DNA of 64,000 nucleotides from a virus (Duplodnaviria > Heunggongvirae > Uroviricota > Caudoviricetes), in the IMG/VR virus record IMGVR_UViG_3300039208_000529, positions 48,443 through 112,442 of that record; one strand, given 5' to 3'. Positions 48,568 to 58,563 of this stretch are shown here, one piece after another; positions within the stretch are counted from its first letter, which is position 1, and each line of letters begins with the position of its first letter. The position numbers and the translations under genes were made by a program. The notes beneath the pieces are model-generated. The model saw nothing but the letters and a program-made list of their open reading frames with translations, made no database searches and was not told where the DNA came from.

Positions 48568-49550
48568 AAATATTATACGTAGGACTATTATACGATTACG
48601 GCCGACGAGAACAGGGCTTTTCTTATGAGCACAATAATATTGAAGCTGGTTTTCGAGATTGTGCCGAAAAGGATTTGTTTCATGTAGATTATTTATGGCC
48701 CGATAATAACACGGTTATCGAATCTGATGGTGAGTTTAGAAATTATCATTGGCCGGAAGATCTTTTGAATATAATTCCTAGATATGATGCCATATTCCAC
48801 GTTGCTTTTAATGAGCATCTGGATTTTCCAGAACAAGCTGCTAAGCTCGCTCTTAGATTAGATATTCCCGTCATTCAATGGGACTGTGATGCAAGTTGGC
48901 GATTTCACAATTGGATTATCAACCGAAAAGATAGAGTTAGCCATTTTGTGACAACGCATTCTGCTACAGTTGAGTGGTATAAGCAAAATAGCATGAATGT
49001 TATACGAAGTCAGTGGGCCGGATCTCCACTTTATATCAAAGATTCTACGGTAGAAAAAAAATATGATGTTAGTTTTATAGGACAAAAACATGGAATACGA
49101 CCTGAAATTCTTCAAAAACTTTATCAACGAGGCATCGAAGTTCATTTGTTTGGTAACTATTGGGATGATTGGCCTAACTGGCACGGCTATATCTCAGACT
49201 TCGCATCTGTCATCTCGGTATTCAATCAATCGAAAATCTGTCTCAATCTCTCAAACCCTTGGCACATCGGAACGATGCCGCAAATCAAAGGTAGACACTT
49301 TGAGATCCCTCAATGTGGTAGTTTCCAGTTATCAACGCCAGCCGACGACTTACAAACGTACTTCGACTTTGGTAAGGAAATCGTCGTGGCAGAGACAGCC
49401 GATCAGCTCGCGGACTATATATATTACTACCTCGACAACGACAATGAAAGAACCGAAATCGCCTTGGCGGGCGAGGAGAAAACGAAACGTGAACACCAAT
49501 GGTCGCACAGGCTTGTGGACATATTCAGGGAGATAGGTTATGATGTTTAA
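48564..49550 (+). CDS. CgeB-like GT-B glycosyltransferase
   Basis: WDCDASW, YDVSFIG, SKICLNLS, KGRHFEIPQCGSFQL, EIALAG, EHQWSHR. Confidence 0.85.
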   Translation: MKILYVGLLYDYGRREQGFSYEHNNIEAGFRDCAEKDLFHVDYLWPDNNTVIESDGEFRNYHWPEDLLNIIPRYDAIFHVAFNEHLDFPEQAAKLALRLDIPVIQWDCDASWRFHNWIINRKDRVSHFVTTHSATVEWYKQNSMNVIRSQWAGSPLYIKDSTVEKKYDVSFIGQKHGIRPEILQKLYQRGIEVHLFGNYWDDWPNWHGYISDFASVISVFNQSKICLNLSNPWHIGTMPQIKGRHFEIPQCGSFQLSTPADDLQTYFDFGKEIVVAETADQLADYIYYYLDNDNERTEIALAGEEKTKREHQWSHRLVDIFREIGYDV

Positions 49551-49758
49551 TCATGGTACTGCTACTTTTAAAGATGATCAATATTTTAAGGAGCTTAGAG
49601 TACAAAATAAAAATGGAATAATTACTGCTTATCTCCCTGAACAAAATATTTTTGCAGTTCATTTTGGAGGTCCAGAGTGGATTACATTTAACTGGACGGA
49701 AGAAGAATTTTTAGAGAAATTTGAGGTAGAATTAAATGAAGGGCCACAACCCCTATAA
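49540..49758 (+). CDS. small hypothetical protein
   Basis: 72-aa coupled ORF. Confidence 0.5.
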   Translation: MMFNHGTATFKDDQYFKELRVQNKNGIITAYLPEQNIFAVHFGGPEWITFNWTEEEFLEKFEVELNEGPQPL

Positions 49759-50383
49759 AAATACTCCAGACGATCATGATTTCATGGAAGAAGAGCATAT
49801 TGCTCGCTTCTTGCGAAATGATGGAACCGGCGTCGATAACTTAGGCCGCCGATCATTAGGCAATATTGTAAAAAGTCATGGTCATCCAGATGTATTAGAT
49901 ATAGCCTGCGGTACTGCTGTTAATTGGGAAACGTTTAAAAAATTTAATATGCCGTGTAATTACACAGGGCTTGATAGAACTAAGAATCTGTTAACTCACG
50001 CAAAGGAACTTTATGGAGATGAAATTTCTTTAGTTGAGGGGTATGCTCAAGACTTACCATTTAAAGACAACAGTTTTGATATTGTAATTCTCAGGCATAT
50101 TCTTGAACATCTTCAAGAAGGATATGAAGATGTAATTAAAGAGGCCCTTCGTGTAACGAGAAAAGAGCTTGTGGTTGTGTTCTTTTTAGATCTTACAATA
50201 TCAGAAGAAGATCGCATCCAAGAGTCAGATCCCGATGAAAACGGCTGTACGTATTTTTGGAATGAATACAGCCACTCTAAGTTTATGCGTTTTGTTTCAA
50301 GCCTTGGTGTTCGTCCTGCTGTTGGATATATACGCAGTCCAGACGCAGCACACGCAGATACTATTTTTAGGTTAATCAAATGA
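49736..50383 (+). CDS. class I SAM methyltransferase (Methyltransf_11-like)
   Basis: VLDIACGT, YTGLD, EGYAQDLPFKDNSFDIV...HILEHL. Confidence 0.88.
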   Translation: MKGHNPYKNTPDDHDFMEEEHIARFLRNDGTGVDNLGRRSLGNIVKSHGHPDVLDIACGTAVNWETFKKFNMPCNYTGLDRTKNLLTHAKELYGDEISLVEGYAQDLPFKDNSFDIVILRHILEHLQEGYEDVIKEALRVTRKELVVVFFLDLTISEEDRIQESDPDENGCTYFWNEYSHSKFMRFVSSLGVRPAVGYIRSPDAAHADTIFRLIK

Positions 50384-51087
50384 GATGGAGCTTTGGTATC
50401 ATAACGGCCGGCGGTGAATCCGATCGTATTAAAAAAATTGTGCAAAAAATACGCTGTCAAACGTGGAATTGTAATACTGACAAATATGAGATAATTATTA
50501 TTGGCGGATATAAACCAGACTTTCTAGGCGGCAGACCAGCATCAGAATCTATTATAGTTCATCTTCCATTTAAAGAAGGTGAAAAAGCTGGTTGGATTAC
50601 TAAGAAAAAAAATATGATAGGCAGAGCTGCCCAGTTCCAAAATATATGTATAATGCATGATTATGTTGCTCCATCCGGGTACTGGTTGGATGGATTTAAG
50701 AGATTTGGTAGTGACTGGCTAACATGTATGACAAAGATAGAAAACAAAGATGGTGGACGTTTTAGAGATTGGTGTGCAATCCATAATGACGCATGGATGA
50801 AGCCTCCGATTGATGATCAGCAACCTCCGGAGGGATTGGGGCGTTTGCTTGATTATAAAGATAACACGGCCGGAAGATGGCAATATTATTCCGGTGCATA
50901 TTTCTGCGTAAAGAAGACGGTTCTCCAAGAGGTTCCGCTGGATAATAATAGAGTTTGGGGCCAGGGCGAAGATGTACAATGGAGTCGTCTATTATATAAA
51001 CAATATGGCCAACAGGCATTTACAATGAATCCGCATTCTTATGTCAGGTTCTTAAAGCAGAAGGAGAGGGCCCCGTGGGAAAAATAA
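50380..51087 (+). CDS. putative GT-A-like glycosyltransferase
   Basis: WSFGIIT, YEIIIIG, WITKKKN, ICIMHDY, WGQGEDVQWS. Confidence 0.65.
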   Translation: MRWSFGIITAGGESDRIKKIVQKIRCQTWNCNTDKYEIIIIGGYKPDFLGGRPASESIIVHLPFKEGEKAGWITKKKNMIGRAAQFQNICIMHDYVAPSGYWLDGFKRFGSDWLTCMTKIENKDGGRFRDWCAIHNDAWMKPPIDDQQPPEGLGRLLDYKDNTAGRWQYYSGAYFCVKKTVLQEVPLDNNRVWGQGEDVQWSRLLYKQYGQQAFTMNPHSYVRFLKQKERAPWEK

Positions 51088-51695
51088 AATTGGTATGTTT
51101 TGATCTAGATGGCGTTTTGGTGGATGCACCCGAATGGCACTATCAAGCTCTAAATAAAGCACTGACAGAAGTATGTTCCATTTCTATTTCCAGAGAAGAT
51201 CATGAATCAACTTATAATGGACTTCCGACAAAACAAAAATTAGATTTGTTGGGACTGACTCCAGAAGAAAAATCTAGAGTATATGAACTTAAACAGGAAT
51301 ATACTGTAAAAGCTATAGAAGAAAATGCTTACTTTGACGATGGTAAGGTTAAACTTCATTCTAACTTGGTTGACAAGAAAATTTCCATTGCTGTTGTAAC
51401 GAACGCTATTCGTGAGACGGCTGAATTGATGTTGGTTCGTACAGGACAAATGAAATTTATTAATTATCTTGTCAGCAATGAAGACGTGCAGAATTGCAAA
51501 CCTCATCCAGAGGGGTATTGGAAGGCTATGTCATTGTTTGGAGTCTCTCCAAGAGAAACTTTGATTGTGGAGGACTCCGATAAAGGCTTTGAGGCTGCGA
51601 TTCAAACGACGGCACACGTATGTAGAGTTAAAAATCCATCAGATGTTACTTGGGAAAATATTGAGGCAGTAATTGAACAAGCAAATCAATATTAA
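51075..51695 (+). CDS. HAD-superfamily phosphatase
   Basis: FDLDGVLVD, VVTN, KPHPEGY, VEDSDKG; AGGAG RBS with GTG start. Confidence 0.9.
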   Translation: MGKIKLVCFDLDGVLVDAPEWHYQALNKALTEVCSISISREDHESTYNGLPTKQKLDLLGLTPEEKSRVYELKQEYTVKAIEENAYFDDGKVKLHSNLVDKKISIAVVTNAIRETAELMLVRTGQMKFINYLVSNEDVQNCKPHPEGYWKAMSLFGVSPRETLIVEDSDKGFEAAIQTTAHVCRVKNPSDVTWENIEAVIEQANQY

Positions 51696-52671
51696 TTATT
51701 TAGCTCATAGGCGAGATCTTACTTATCAGAAGCTGTCGTTTCAATTTTTGAAACGAATGCATCAGTCTACTAAGGATAAAATAAGAATAAGTTTACTTGT
51801 TAATGATTACAGTGGAGTAGCACGCTGGGAAAGCTTGTCTAAAGATCTTGAGCAGTCTGGTATAGAAACGTTTATCGCGTACTTTCCAGAAGAAGATAAT
51901 TATAGAAGGAAAATTAGATGGGCAACATCTCAGAATTTTGAGTATTCCATAAAGATGGACGAGGATTGTTTTATGAATCAATATATGTGGGAGTTTATGA
52001 TTAATCATGCTTTTGCATTAGACGATCCTCAAAATTTAATGATTAGTCCAGTGTTGTCTAACGGAATTCCTAGTTGTGAGTTTTTTATTCACGACATTTT
52101 AACTGAAGCAGAACAGTCTGGTATGTACAAGAGTTTTCAACAGCATAAATTTGCTGAAGTTTGGAATATGGATTATTCTATTCTTAATGAATGTACTGTC
52201 GACTGTTATGAGCCATGGACGACGAACAGATGGTTTGAAACACTTGACAAAATTGATACCCCTCTTAAGGGAATTCATCCGATTAGGTTTTCTCCCAACG
52301 CTCATTTTATTTTGAATCTTTATGTATTGGCACACATACGAGAGTTTCTAGAAAATCATAACTTTTACTTTCATGGCTTTAAATCTCCATATACTTGCAA
52401 TAGTATATTTTTAGCTAAAACCAAGTTGTGGCACGACACATTTCATGACAAATCGTTGTGTGATCGTGCAGCTAAACAGCTTGGAACTTGGGCATATGCG
52501 TTTGATGAAATTCAATTGAACGAATATAGACATTTGAATGATATGAATGTATTATTCATTAGAGGAGGATTTGGGATTCATTCGATGTTTAATACTCTTT
52601 ATAAATTTGATAGTCGTGCTCGCGATTATGAAAATAATTTTGTGCAGCAATTGGCTTTATCATGTCCATAG
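51673..52671 (+). CDS. putative GT-A-like protein
   Basis: YSIKMDEDCFM DxD-like motif; island context. Confidence 0.5.
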   Translation: MNKQININYLAHRRDLTYQKLSFQFLKRMHQSTKDKIRISLLVNDYSGVARWESLSKDLEQSGIETFIAYFPEEDNYRRKIRWATSQNFEYSIKMDEDCFMNQYMWEFMINHAFALDDPQNLMISPVLSNGIPSCEFFIHDILTEAEQSGMYKSFQQHKFAEVWNMDYSILNECTVDCYEPWTTNRWFETLDKIDTPLKGIHPIRFSPNAHFILNLYVLAHIREFLENHNFYFHGFKSPYTCNSIFLAKTKLWHDTFHDKSLCDRAAKQLGTWAYAFDEIQLNEYRHLNDMNVLFIRGGFGIHSMFNTLYKFDSRARDYENNFVQQLALSCP

Positions 52672-53528
52672 CAGTTATTGTAGTTGCTGGCGGCGAACGT
52701 CAGAATGTATGTGTTTGGCCGACATATTACAATTGTGATGCTGGAGTAGATCATGACTTGATAGTTGTGCATCGTAACATGCAGCATGTTCCTAGTGTCT
52801 TTAATGTGCGAGGCAATGTCATTTACGAAAATAAATGTTTTCCAGACGGAGAGCTTCCTCACAAAGCTTTTGGTGCATATCGTCACTATTGCGAGAAATA
52901 CATTAATGACTACGAATATTTTGCTTTTGTTTCTGATGATGTCTTTTTCAAGAGAGATAATTGGCTACTACAAGCATGTGAAATGTTAGATAAATATGAC
53001 AAGTTGGGTCTTGTCGCAACCCAAATTTTTAACGGTAATTGTGGCCAGTATCCACATCCAAGTCATGCTAGAGCACCTATTTGGTTTAGTAAGTCATCAG
53101 CTCTCAAGAAAATACGTTGGGAATTTGACTCTGATCATGATGGAGAGATGAGAATAGCCTATCAGTTTTTAGTTGCTGGATATTTTAGTGCTCAGATAGG
53201 ACATAAAATTGATTTTGCTTATGATGCAGATCAAAAAGATCATATTGCGGTTTTGTGGGAACGTGACAAATACGGATGTAATAAAGATAAATACTCTACT
53301 GAAGAAATAGAACAATTAGATGCTTTTCTTACAGTTAGACTTTTAGAAAATGACGTATCGGACCTTGACATTCATTCTCCTTTTAGTCATATTGGTACTA
53401 GAAACGTCATTCGAGATTTACAGCCTTTCGATGGCTTGCTTTATGATAACAGCGTAGGTCTGGCAGTAAATTATACTAGGGTAGAGCGTCATAATTTTGG
53501 AACATATATTTTATCGTCATGGACTTAG
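52662..53528 (+). CDS. putative GT-A-like protein
   Basis: YFAFVSDDVFF...WL; island context. Confidence 0.5.
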   Translation: MSIAVIVVAGGERQNVCVWPTYYNCDAGVDHDLIVVHRNMQHVPSVFNVRGNVIYENKCFPDGELPHKAFGAYRHYCEKYINDYEYFAFVSDDVFFKRDNWLLQACEMLDKYDKLGLVATQIFNGNCGQYPHPSHARAPIWFSKSSALKKIRWEFDSDHDGEMRIAYQFLVAGYFSAQIGHKIDFAYDADQKDHIAVLWERDKYGCNKDKYSTEEIEQLDAFLTVRLLENDVSDLDIHSPFSHIGTRNVIRDLQPFDGLLYDNSVGLAVNYTRVERHNFGTYILSSWT

Positions 53529-54211
53529 AAACATTATTATATAAAGAGTTGCCGCCAACGTTTACTGATTTTGCCGGAAATCAGCGAGCTTTTCATGAGG
53601 CATTTGTTCGTAATGCAGAGCTTGGTACTCCAATTAAGGATGTTTTAGAGCTTGGTGTTTGTCGTATCAATCGAGACTTTATGAGTCCAGATGTTTATGG
53701 TCAATCCACAAAAACGTTGAATGTACTATGTGAATTTTTTAATTCTACTGAACTAATTTCTATCGACATTGACGAAAAAGCTCGCGAGACAGTAGAGCAT
53801 TGTAAGAAATGGTTGAAAGACCGAGGTTGGGGCTTTAGAGAACATAATTTTATATGCTCTAACAGTATTGAATTTGATGTAAAATTTCACTTGCCAGATG
53901 GTGTAGACTTTATTTTCTTAGATACCAATCACGATGATAATTATCCTGAGCGTTTAGGCATCAAAGGCGAAACAGGCGGAGCCGGAATGACATACAAAGA
54001 GATTTGTTATTATGCTCCACACTTGACAGAAAATGGCCGTTTGTTTATGCACGATACGATGCATTTTTATCATCCTAAAGCTTATGGTGTAAATACTGAA
54101 GGTGCAGTAAGACGTTTCTTGGATGAGAATCCTGGCTTTAAGTTTAGAGAACATGGCTTGAATCAACATGGTTTGGGAGAAATTGTTAGGAAGGATTCTA
54201 AAGTATGGTAG
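53519..54211 (+). CDS. class I SAM methyltransferase (Methyltransf_24-like)
   Basis: VLELGV, LISIDID, DFIFLDTNH, LFMHDT. Confidence 0.8.
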   Translation: MDLETLLYKELPPTFTDFAGNQRAFHEAFVRNAELGTPIKDVLELGVCRINRDFMSPDVYGQSTKTLNVLCEFFNSTELISIDIDEKARETVEHCKKWLKDRGWGFREHNFICSNSIEFDVKFHLPDGVDFIFLDTNHDDNYPERLGIKGETGGAGMTYKEICYYAPHLTENGRLFMHDTMHFYHPKAYGVNTEGAVRRFLDENPGFKFREHGLNQHGLGEIVRKDSKVW

Positions 54212-54354
54212 ATTTTTTTAGAAAATTAATGTGTAGAATTGGGTGGCATACTCCTAAACAAAGTTCAACAGAAGTTGCTGGGATTAATATAAAATCTATT
54301 TGTTCCAGATGCAATAGAAGTATTATGTTAGATTCTCAAGGAAACTGGTTCTAA
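54205..54354 (+). CDS. 49-aa Cys/His protein not in the ORF track
   Basis: MVDFFRKLMCRIGWHTP...CSRCNR...GNWF*; fills the gap exactly; AGGA upstream. Confidence 0.6.
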   Translation: MVDFFRKLMCRIGWHTPKQSSTEVAGINIKSICSRCNRSIMLDSQGNWF

Positions 54355-54356
54355 AA

Positions 54357-55067
54357 ATGAAAGCTTTGATACCGATGGCAGGTGAAGGTAGCCGTTTCGT
54401 AGCGGCGGGCTATACTTTTCCCAAGCCTCTTATCGATGTTAACGGCAAGCCCATGATACAGGTCGTTGTCGATACTCTTCCTGTTTGTAGTGAATACATA
54501 TTTCTATGCAGAAAAGAACACATAGAAAAATATCAATTAGAAGATATGCTTCAAAGTATTACTGGCGGTTGTTCTAAAGTTGTTGTCGTGGATAAACTTA
54601 CTGAAGGTGCTGCATGTACAGCCTTGTTGGCAGAACATCACATTGACAACAATGAGCCTCTTTTAATTGCTAACTCGGATCAATATGTAGAGTTTGATCA
54701 CAGAAACTTCAACATTCTACGTCGTCATGCAAATCTCGATGGCATTGTATTTACGTTTAATGCTTCACATCCCAAATGGAGTTTTGTCGATGTAGATTCT
54801 AAAACCTTGCAAGTTACTAGAGTTGTTGAAAAACAACCTATTTCTAATATTGCTACATGCGGTATTTACTATTGGAGCAAAGGAAGTGATTTCTGTCGTT
54901 ATGCTCATCAAATGATCAAAGCTAATAGACGTGTTAATGGAGAATTTTATATTGCCCCTGTTTATCAAGAGGCACTGCAAACAGCAAGATTTATGCTTGT
55001 GCCGTTTTTTGTTAATAAAATGTCCGGACTTGGAACCCCTGAAGACCTTGAGAATTTTTTAAGATAA
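54357..55067 (+). CDS. BcbE-like sugar-phosphate nucleotidyltransferase (GT2_BcE-like)
   Basis: IPMAGEGSRF...PKPLIDV.GKPMI, EGAACT, ANSDQ, ATCGIYYW, NGEFYIAPVY, GLGTPEDL. Confidence 0.85.
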   Translation: MKALIPMAGEGSRFVAAGYTFPKPLIDVNGKPMIQVVVDTLPVCSEYIFLCRKEHIEKYQLEDMLQSITGGCSKVVVVDKLTEGAACTALLAEHHIDNNEPLLIANSDQYVEFDHRNFNILRRHANLDGIVFTFNASHPKWSFVDVDSKTLQVTRVVEKQPISNIATCGIYYWSKGSDFCRYAHQMIKANRRVNGEFYIAPVYQEALQTARFMLVPFFVNKMSGLGTPEDLENFLR

Positions 55068-55612
55068 TGCTTTTAGTATCAAATAATTTGTTTCGTAGAG
55101 AGATTACTTATCCGCCCAATGCTGTTGTGCGTATCAATTTAGCTTGGGCACATACGCCAGAACTTTTGGCTAAAGCAGTGGACACTGATCACGATGTGTT
55201 TTTGGATTTCCCAATCGGTAGGTCTAAGCCTCCATACAACAACTATTCATTAAAAGATGTTTATGACTTTGTTCAGCAATACGATAACATCAAATATGTT
55301 GCAATTTCAAATGTTCATCATAAAGGATACTTAGCTGATGCTATTGAGGTTTTTGGTGATAGTGTTATTCTTGTTCCAAAGATTGAAAGTTTGGAGGGTA
55401 TTAAGAATATTCATGATATTATCGCAGCATTGCCTACTGAACGTAAGGTATTAATGTTGGATCATGACGATTTATGTGCAGATCTTATTAAAAATGGTAT
55501 TCCTCCTAATGACATGTATACTGTACATGTTGCCAACCTTATCGAAGCCTGCAACAATGATGGTGCAGAACTTCTCAGAACACAAGGGGTTGTTTTTAAC
55601 TCACAATGGTAA
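55067..55612 (+). CDS. pyruvate kinase/HpcH aldolase-like barrel protein (short)
   Basis: VVRINLAW, FLDFP, PKIESLEGIKNIHDII, LMLDHDDL. Confidence 0.65.
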   Translation: MLLVSNNLFRREITYPPNAVVRINLAWAHTPELLAKAVDTDHDVFLDFPIGRSKPPYNNYSLKDVYDFVQQYDNIKYVAISNVHHKGYLADAIEVFGDSVILVPKIESLEGIKNIHDIIAALPTERKVLMLDHDDLCADLIKNGIPPNDMYTVHVANLIEACNNDGAELLRTQGVVFNSQW

Positions 55613-56556
55613 AGCTTCCAACCGTTCTTGCGTCCTCTGTAATTAGATCTACTCATCGTGGAGACAGTCATGGTGGCATATATAAGATTAATTTAGAAAC
55701 ATCTGAAATCAATCAGTTGCTTGATTGGAATAATCCAGATATTAATTGGGAGGGCCGAGGAGGAGATCGTGGGATTCGCGGCCTCGCCTTTTTTGGCAAT
55801 CTGTTATATGCTGTAGCAGGAAATGAATTGTTTGCATTTAAGTTAGGAGATGATGGCAAGCTTGTTAAGGTTGCGTCCTACACTACTCCATACATGAAAT
55901 TAACGCATGAAGCATGGCGTCACAGAGATAAACTGTATATTTGCTCTGGTGGAGCAGATTGCATACTTATATTTGATCTTGTGCAAAAAGATTGGACGTA
56001 TAGCTGGTATCATAACAAGGAATCTCATCCTGAAACTCTTTGGTTTAATCCTAAAAATATGGAAGAGCCTTACGCCAATCCTACAGAAGGCTTCATGCAT
56101 CTTGACAGCGTATATGCTAATGATGATAACATGTGGTATTCAGGAGCATACACTGATAGTTTGTGGGTGAAGGATCTTAGAGTTAATGGAGTTACTGGAC
56201 GTATCAAGCTCGTGTATGACGATACGCACAATGCTCGACCCTGGAAAGGTGGTTATTTATATAATCTTTCTAGACATAGTAAAACGGTGTGGGAAAAAAA
56301 TGGCAAGATTCAAGACGAGTGGCATACTCCTCACCGCCCTCTTGAAGAACTTACATATACTCATTTGCCACGCGATCATGCTGTTCAAGGATATACTCGT
56401 GGTATGGTTACTTATGGAGAATATGTAATTGTTGGTACTTCTCCTGCCGCAATAAATGTCTTTAAGATCGGTCAGTTTAATCCTATAAAAACTGTTCATC
56501 TTACTAATGATATTAGAAACTCAATTTGTGGAATGGTTCTAAATGAGTGGGAATAA
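55606..56556 (+). CDS. beta-propeller protein (TIGR03032/DUF4915-like)
   Basis: Repeated blades (RGLAFFGNLLYAV, THEAWRHRDKLYIC, HLDSVYA, YTRGMVTYGEYVIVGTS). Confidence 0.55.
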   Translation: MVKLPTVLASSVIRSTHRGDSHGGIYKINLETSEINQLLDWNNPDINWEGRGGDRGIRGLAFFGNLLYAVAGNELFAFKLGDDGKLVKVASYTTPYMKLTHEAWRHRDKLYICSGGADCILIFDLVQKDWTYSWYHNKESHPETLWFNPKNMEEPYANPTEGFMHLDSVYANDDNMWYSGAYTDSLWVKDLRVNGVTGRIKLVYDDTHNARPWKGGYLYNLSRHSKTVWEKNGKIQDEWHTPHRPLEELTYTHLPRDHAVQGYTRGMVTYGEYVIVGTSPAAINVFKIGQFNPIKTVHLTNDIRNSICGMVLNEWE

Positions 56557-57028
56557 CTATATTATGATTGCCCATAGAGGCAATATAAATGGTCCAAACC
56601 CTGAGCGAGAGAACGCTCCTGATTATATTCAGGAAGCACTTGATGCCGGATATGATGTTGAAGTTGATCTTTGGCATGTTGATGGAAAATGGTTTCTAGG
56701 ACATGACGAACCAAAATATGAAATTGATCCAAGATTTTTAGTTAATGAAAACCTATGGATTCATTGCAAGAATACGGCAGCGTTAGACGAAATTCAAATG
56801 ATGATGAATGTCCTAAGTAGATTACGTAAACCAAACTATTTTTGGCACGAAGAAGATGAGCGTACATTAACTAGTCAGGGTTTGATTTGGACTTATCCAG
56901 GAAAAGAATTGGCCCATCTCTCTATTGCTGTATTGCCTGAGCGATTTCCAGATTGGGACATCAGTAAAGCTATAGGATTTTGCAGCGATTATATAGCTAC
57001 AATTATCGATAGATTGGATGATGAATGA
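56543..57028 (+). CDS. PI-PLC/GDPD-like phosphodiesterase family protein
   Basis: IAHRGN.NG...EN.PDYI..AL..GYDVEVDLW, LGHDEP, WIHCKN. Confidence 0.75.
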   Translation: MSGNNYIMIAHRGNINGPNPERENAPDYIQEALDAGYDVEVDLWHVDGKWFLGHDEPKYEIDPRFLVNENLWIHCKNTAALDEIQMMMNVLSRLRKPNYFWHEEDERTLTSQGLIWTYPGKELAHLSIAVLPERFPDWDISKAIGFCSDYIATIIDRLDDE

Positions 57029-58056
57029 AAGTTTTAATCACTGGTGCTAATGGTTTTGTTGGACGACATGTGGTACGTGAGCTTGAGAATAATCACGAGC
57101 TTTTGATACCTGATTCTAGTGAATTAAATCTGCTTCCTGTTATCTCAGCAAGTGGCGTCCATACCAATAATGGGTGGTGTTTACCGCAATGGCCCGATGG
57201 TATTCATGATACATATAGATACCTTTTGACAAAAGGTGTAGATGCTGTTATCCATCTTGCAGCAACTTGTGGTGGTATTGGTATCAATGCAGATAATCCT
57301 GGTCGATTTATATACGAGAATCTTCAAATGGGAATCAATGTGCTTGAGGCAGCCCGTTTAGCAGAAGTACGGAAGGTGGTATTACTTGGTTCTGTATGTT
57401 CCTATCCTAAGTTTGCGAGAATACCTTTCCATGAAGAAGATATGTGGGACGGTTACCCCGAAGAAACTAACGCTCCATATGGTATAGCTAAAAAAACTAT
57501 TATGGAGATGGGTGCCGCGTACTCGCGGCAATATAAAATGAACGTAACTAATCTTGTGCCCGTAAACATGGTTGGAGAATATGACAATTTTGATGAATAT
57601 AGCAGTCATGTTATTCCTGCCCTGATTAAGAAGTTTGAGTTGCCGCAATACCGTGACTGGTATCGCGGCAATCTTGAAGAAGATGGTGATTTTGGTCTTC
57701 GTGGTCAATTGAAAGATCCATATGTTGAGTTATGGGGTACCGGTTCTGCTTCGCGAGAGTTTTTATACGCTGGCGATTGTGCTAGAGCAATTGGAATTGC
57801 TTTGGAAAAGCATACTGGGCCCGATCCTATTAATCTGGGAACAGGAAAAGAAATTACCATTAAAGATTTGGCTATTCTTATCAAACATCTTGGTGGTTAT
57901 GATGCGGAAATTTTGTGGGATGAAAGCAGGCCAGATGGTCAGCCGCGTAGATGTTTAGATACTACTCGTGCCAAGCATATTTTACGTTGGGAAGCAACAA
58001 CTTCCATCGAGAGAGCCATTTGTAAAACGATTGATTGGTATCGAGAGAATAAATGA
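57025..58056 (+). CDS. fcl: GDP-L-fucose synthase (epimerase/reductase)
   Basis: ITGANGFVG, HLAA.CGGIGIN...PG.FIYENL, GSVCSYP, YGIAK, SHVIPALIKKF, WGTGSASREFL. Confidence 0.9.
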   Translation: MKVLITGANGFVGRHVVRELENNHELLIPDSSELNLLPVISASGVHTNNGWCLPQWPDGIHDTYRYLLTKGVDAVIHLAATCGGIGINADNPGRFIYENLQMGINVLEAARLAEVRKVVLLGSVCSYPKFARIPFHEEDMWDGYPEETNAPYGIAKKTIMEMGAAYSRQYKMNVTNLVPVNMVGEYDNFDEYSSHVIPALIKKFELPQYRDWYRGNLEEDGDFGLRGQLKDPYVELWGTGSASREFLYAGDCARAIGIALEKHTGPDPINLGTGKEITIKDLAILIKHLGGYDAEILWDESRPDGQPRRCLDTTRAKHILRWEATTSIERAICKTIDWYRENK

Positions 58057-58553
58057 ATAGACAGTATGAGACTCATATTCCGGTGCTCGAATTTATAATG
58101 GATAATTTTGATATTCAAAGTGTCTTAGAGCTTGGAATGGGAAGATCCAGTACAAATTTCTTTAAAAAGTTTACTGATATCTCTATAGTGAGTGTCGATT
58201 CTAGTCAAACCTATGCAAAAATATTAGAGTCAACAGAAAATCATAAGGTAGTTGTTAGCCCTCTTTTGCAGTATGTTATGCAACGTGAAGATCAATATGA
58301 TCTAGCTTTCGTTGATGGGAATCCTGCAAACGAAAGGTGGCTATGCGTGAAAGAATTATTTAATAAGGCGGGAATTATTGTGGCACATGACACAGCTCCA
58401 AAAGACGATTGGAACTACCACTATTCTAAGATAGAACTACCCGAAAATTTTGTTAGAATAGATTATAAGAAGGATTATCCTTGGACTTCAGTATATACAG
58501 CAAGAGATGATGCTAAAGAAAAAATTTTAAGATTTTGTATGGATACGATGTAG
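58053..58553 (+). CDS. putative SAM methyltransferase-like protein
   Basis: VLELGMG.SST, DLAFVDG, IVAHDT. Confidence 0.65.
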   Translation: MNRQYETHIPVLEFIMDNFDIQSVLELGMGRSSTNFFKKFTDISIVSVDSSQTYAKILESTENHKVVVSPLLQYVMQREDQYDLAFVDGNPANERWLCVKELFNKAGIIVAHDTAPKDDWNYHYSKIELPENFVRIDYKKDYPWTSVYTARDDAKEKILRFCMDTM

Positions 58554-58563
58554 GATCAATAGA

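Noticed and set aside
49190-49520. Diversity-generating retroelement variable region as the cause of the composition shift
   Set aside because: No reverse transcriptase and no TR/VR repeat pair in the window; the changes are synonymous T-to-C-like rather than adenine-specific.
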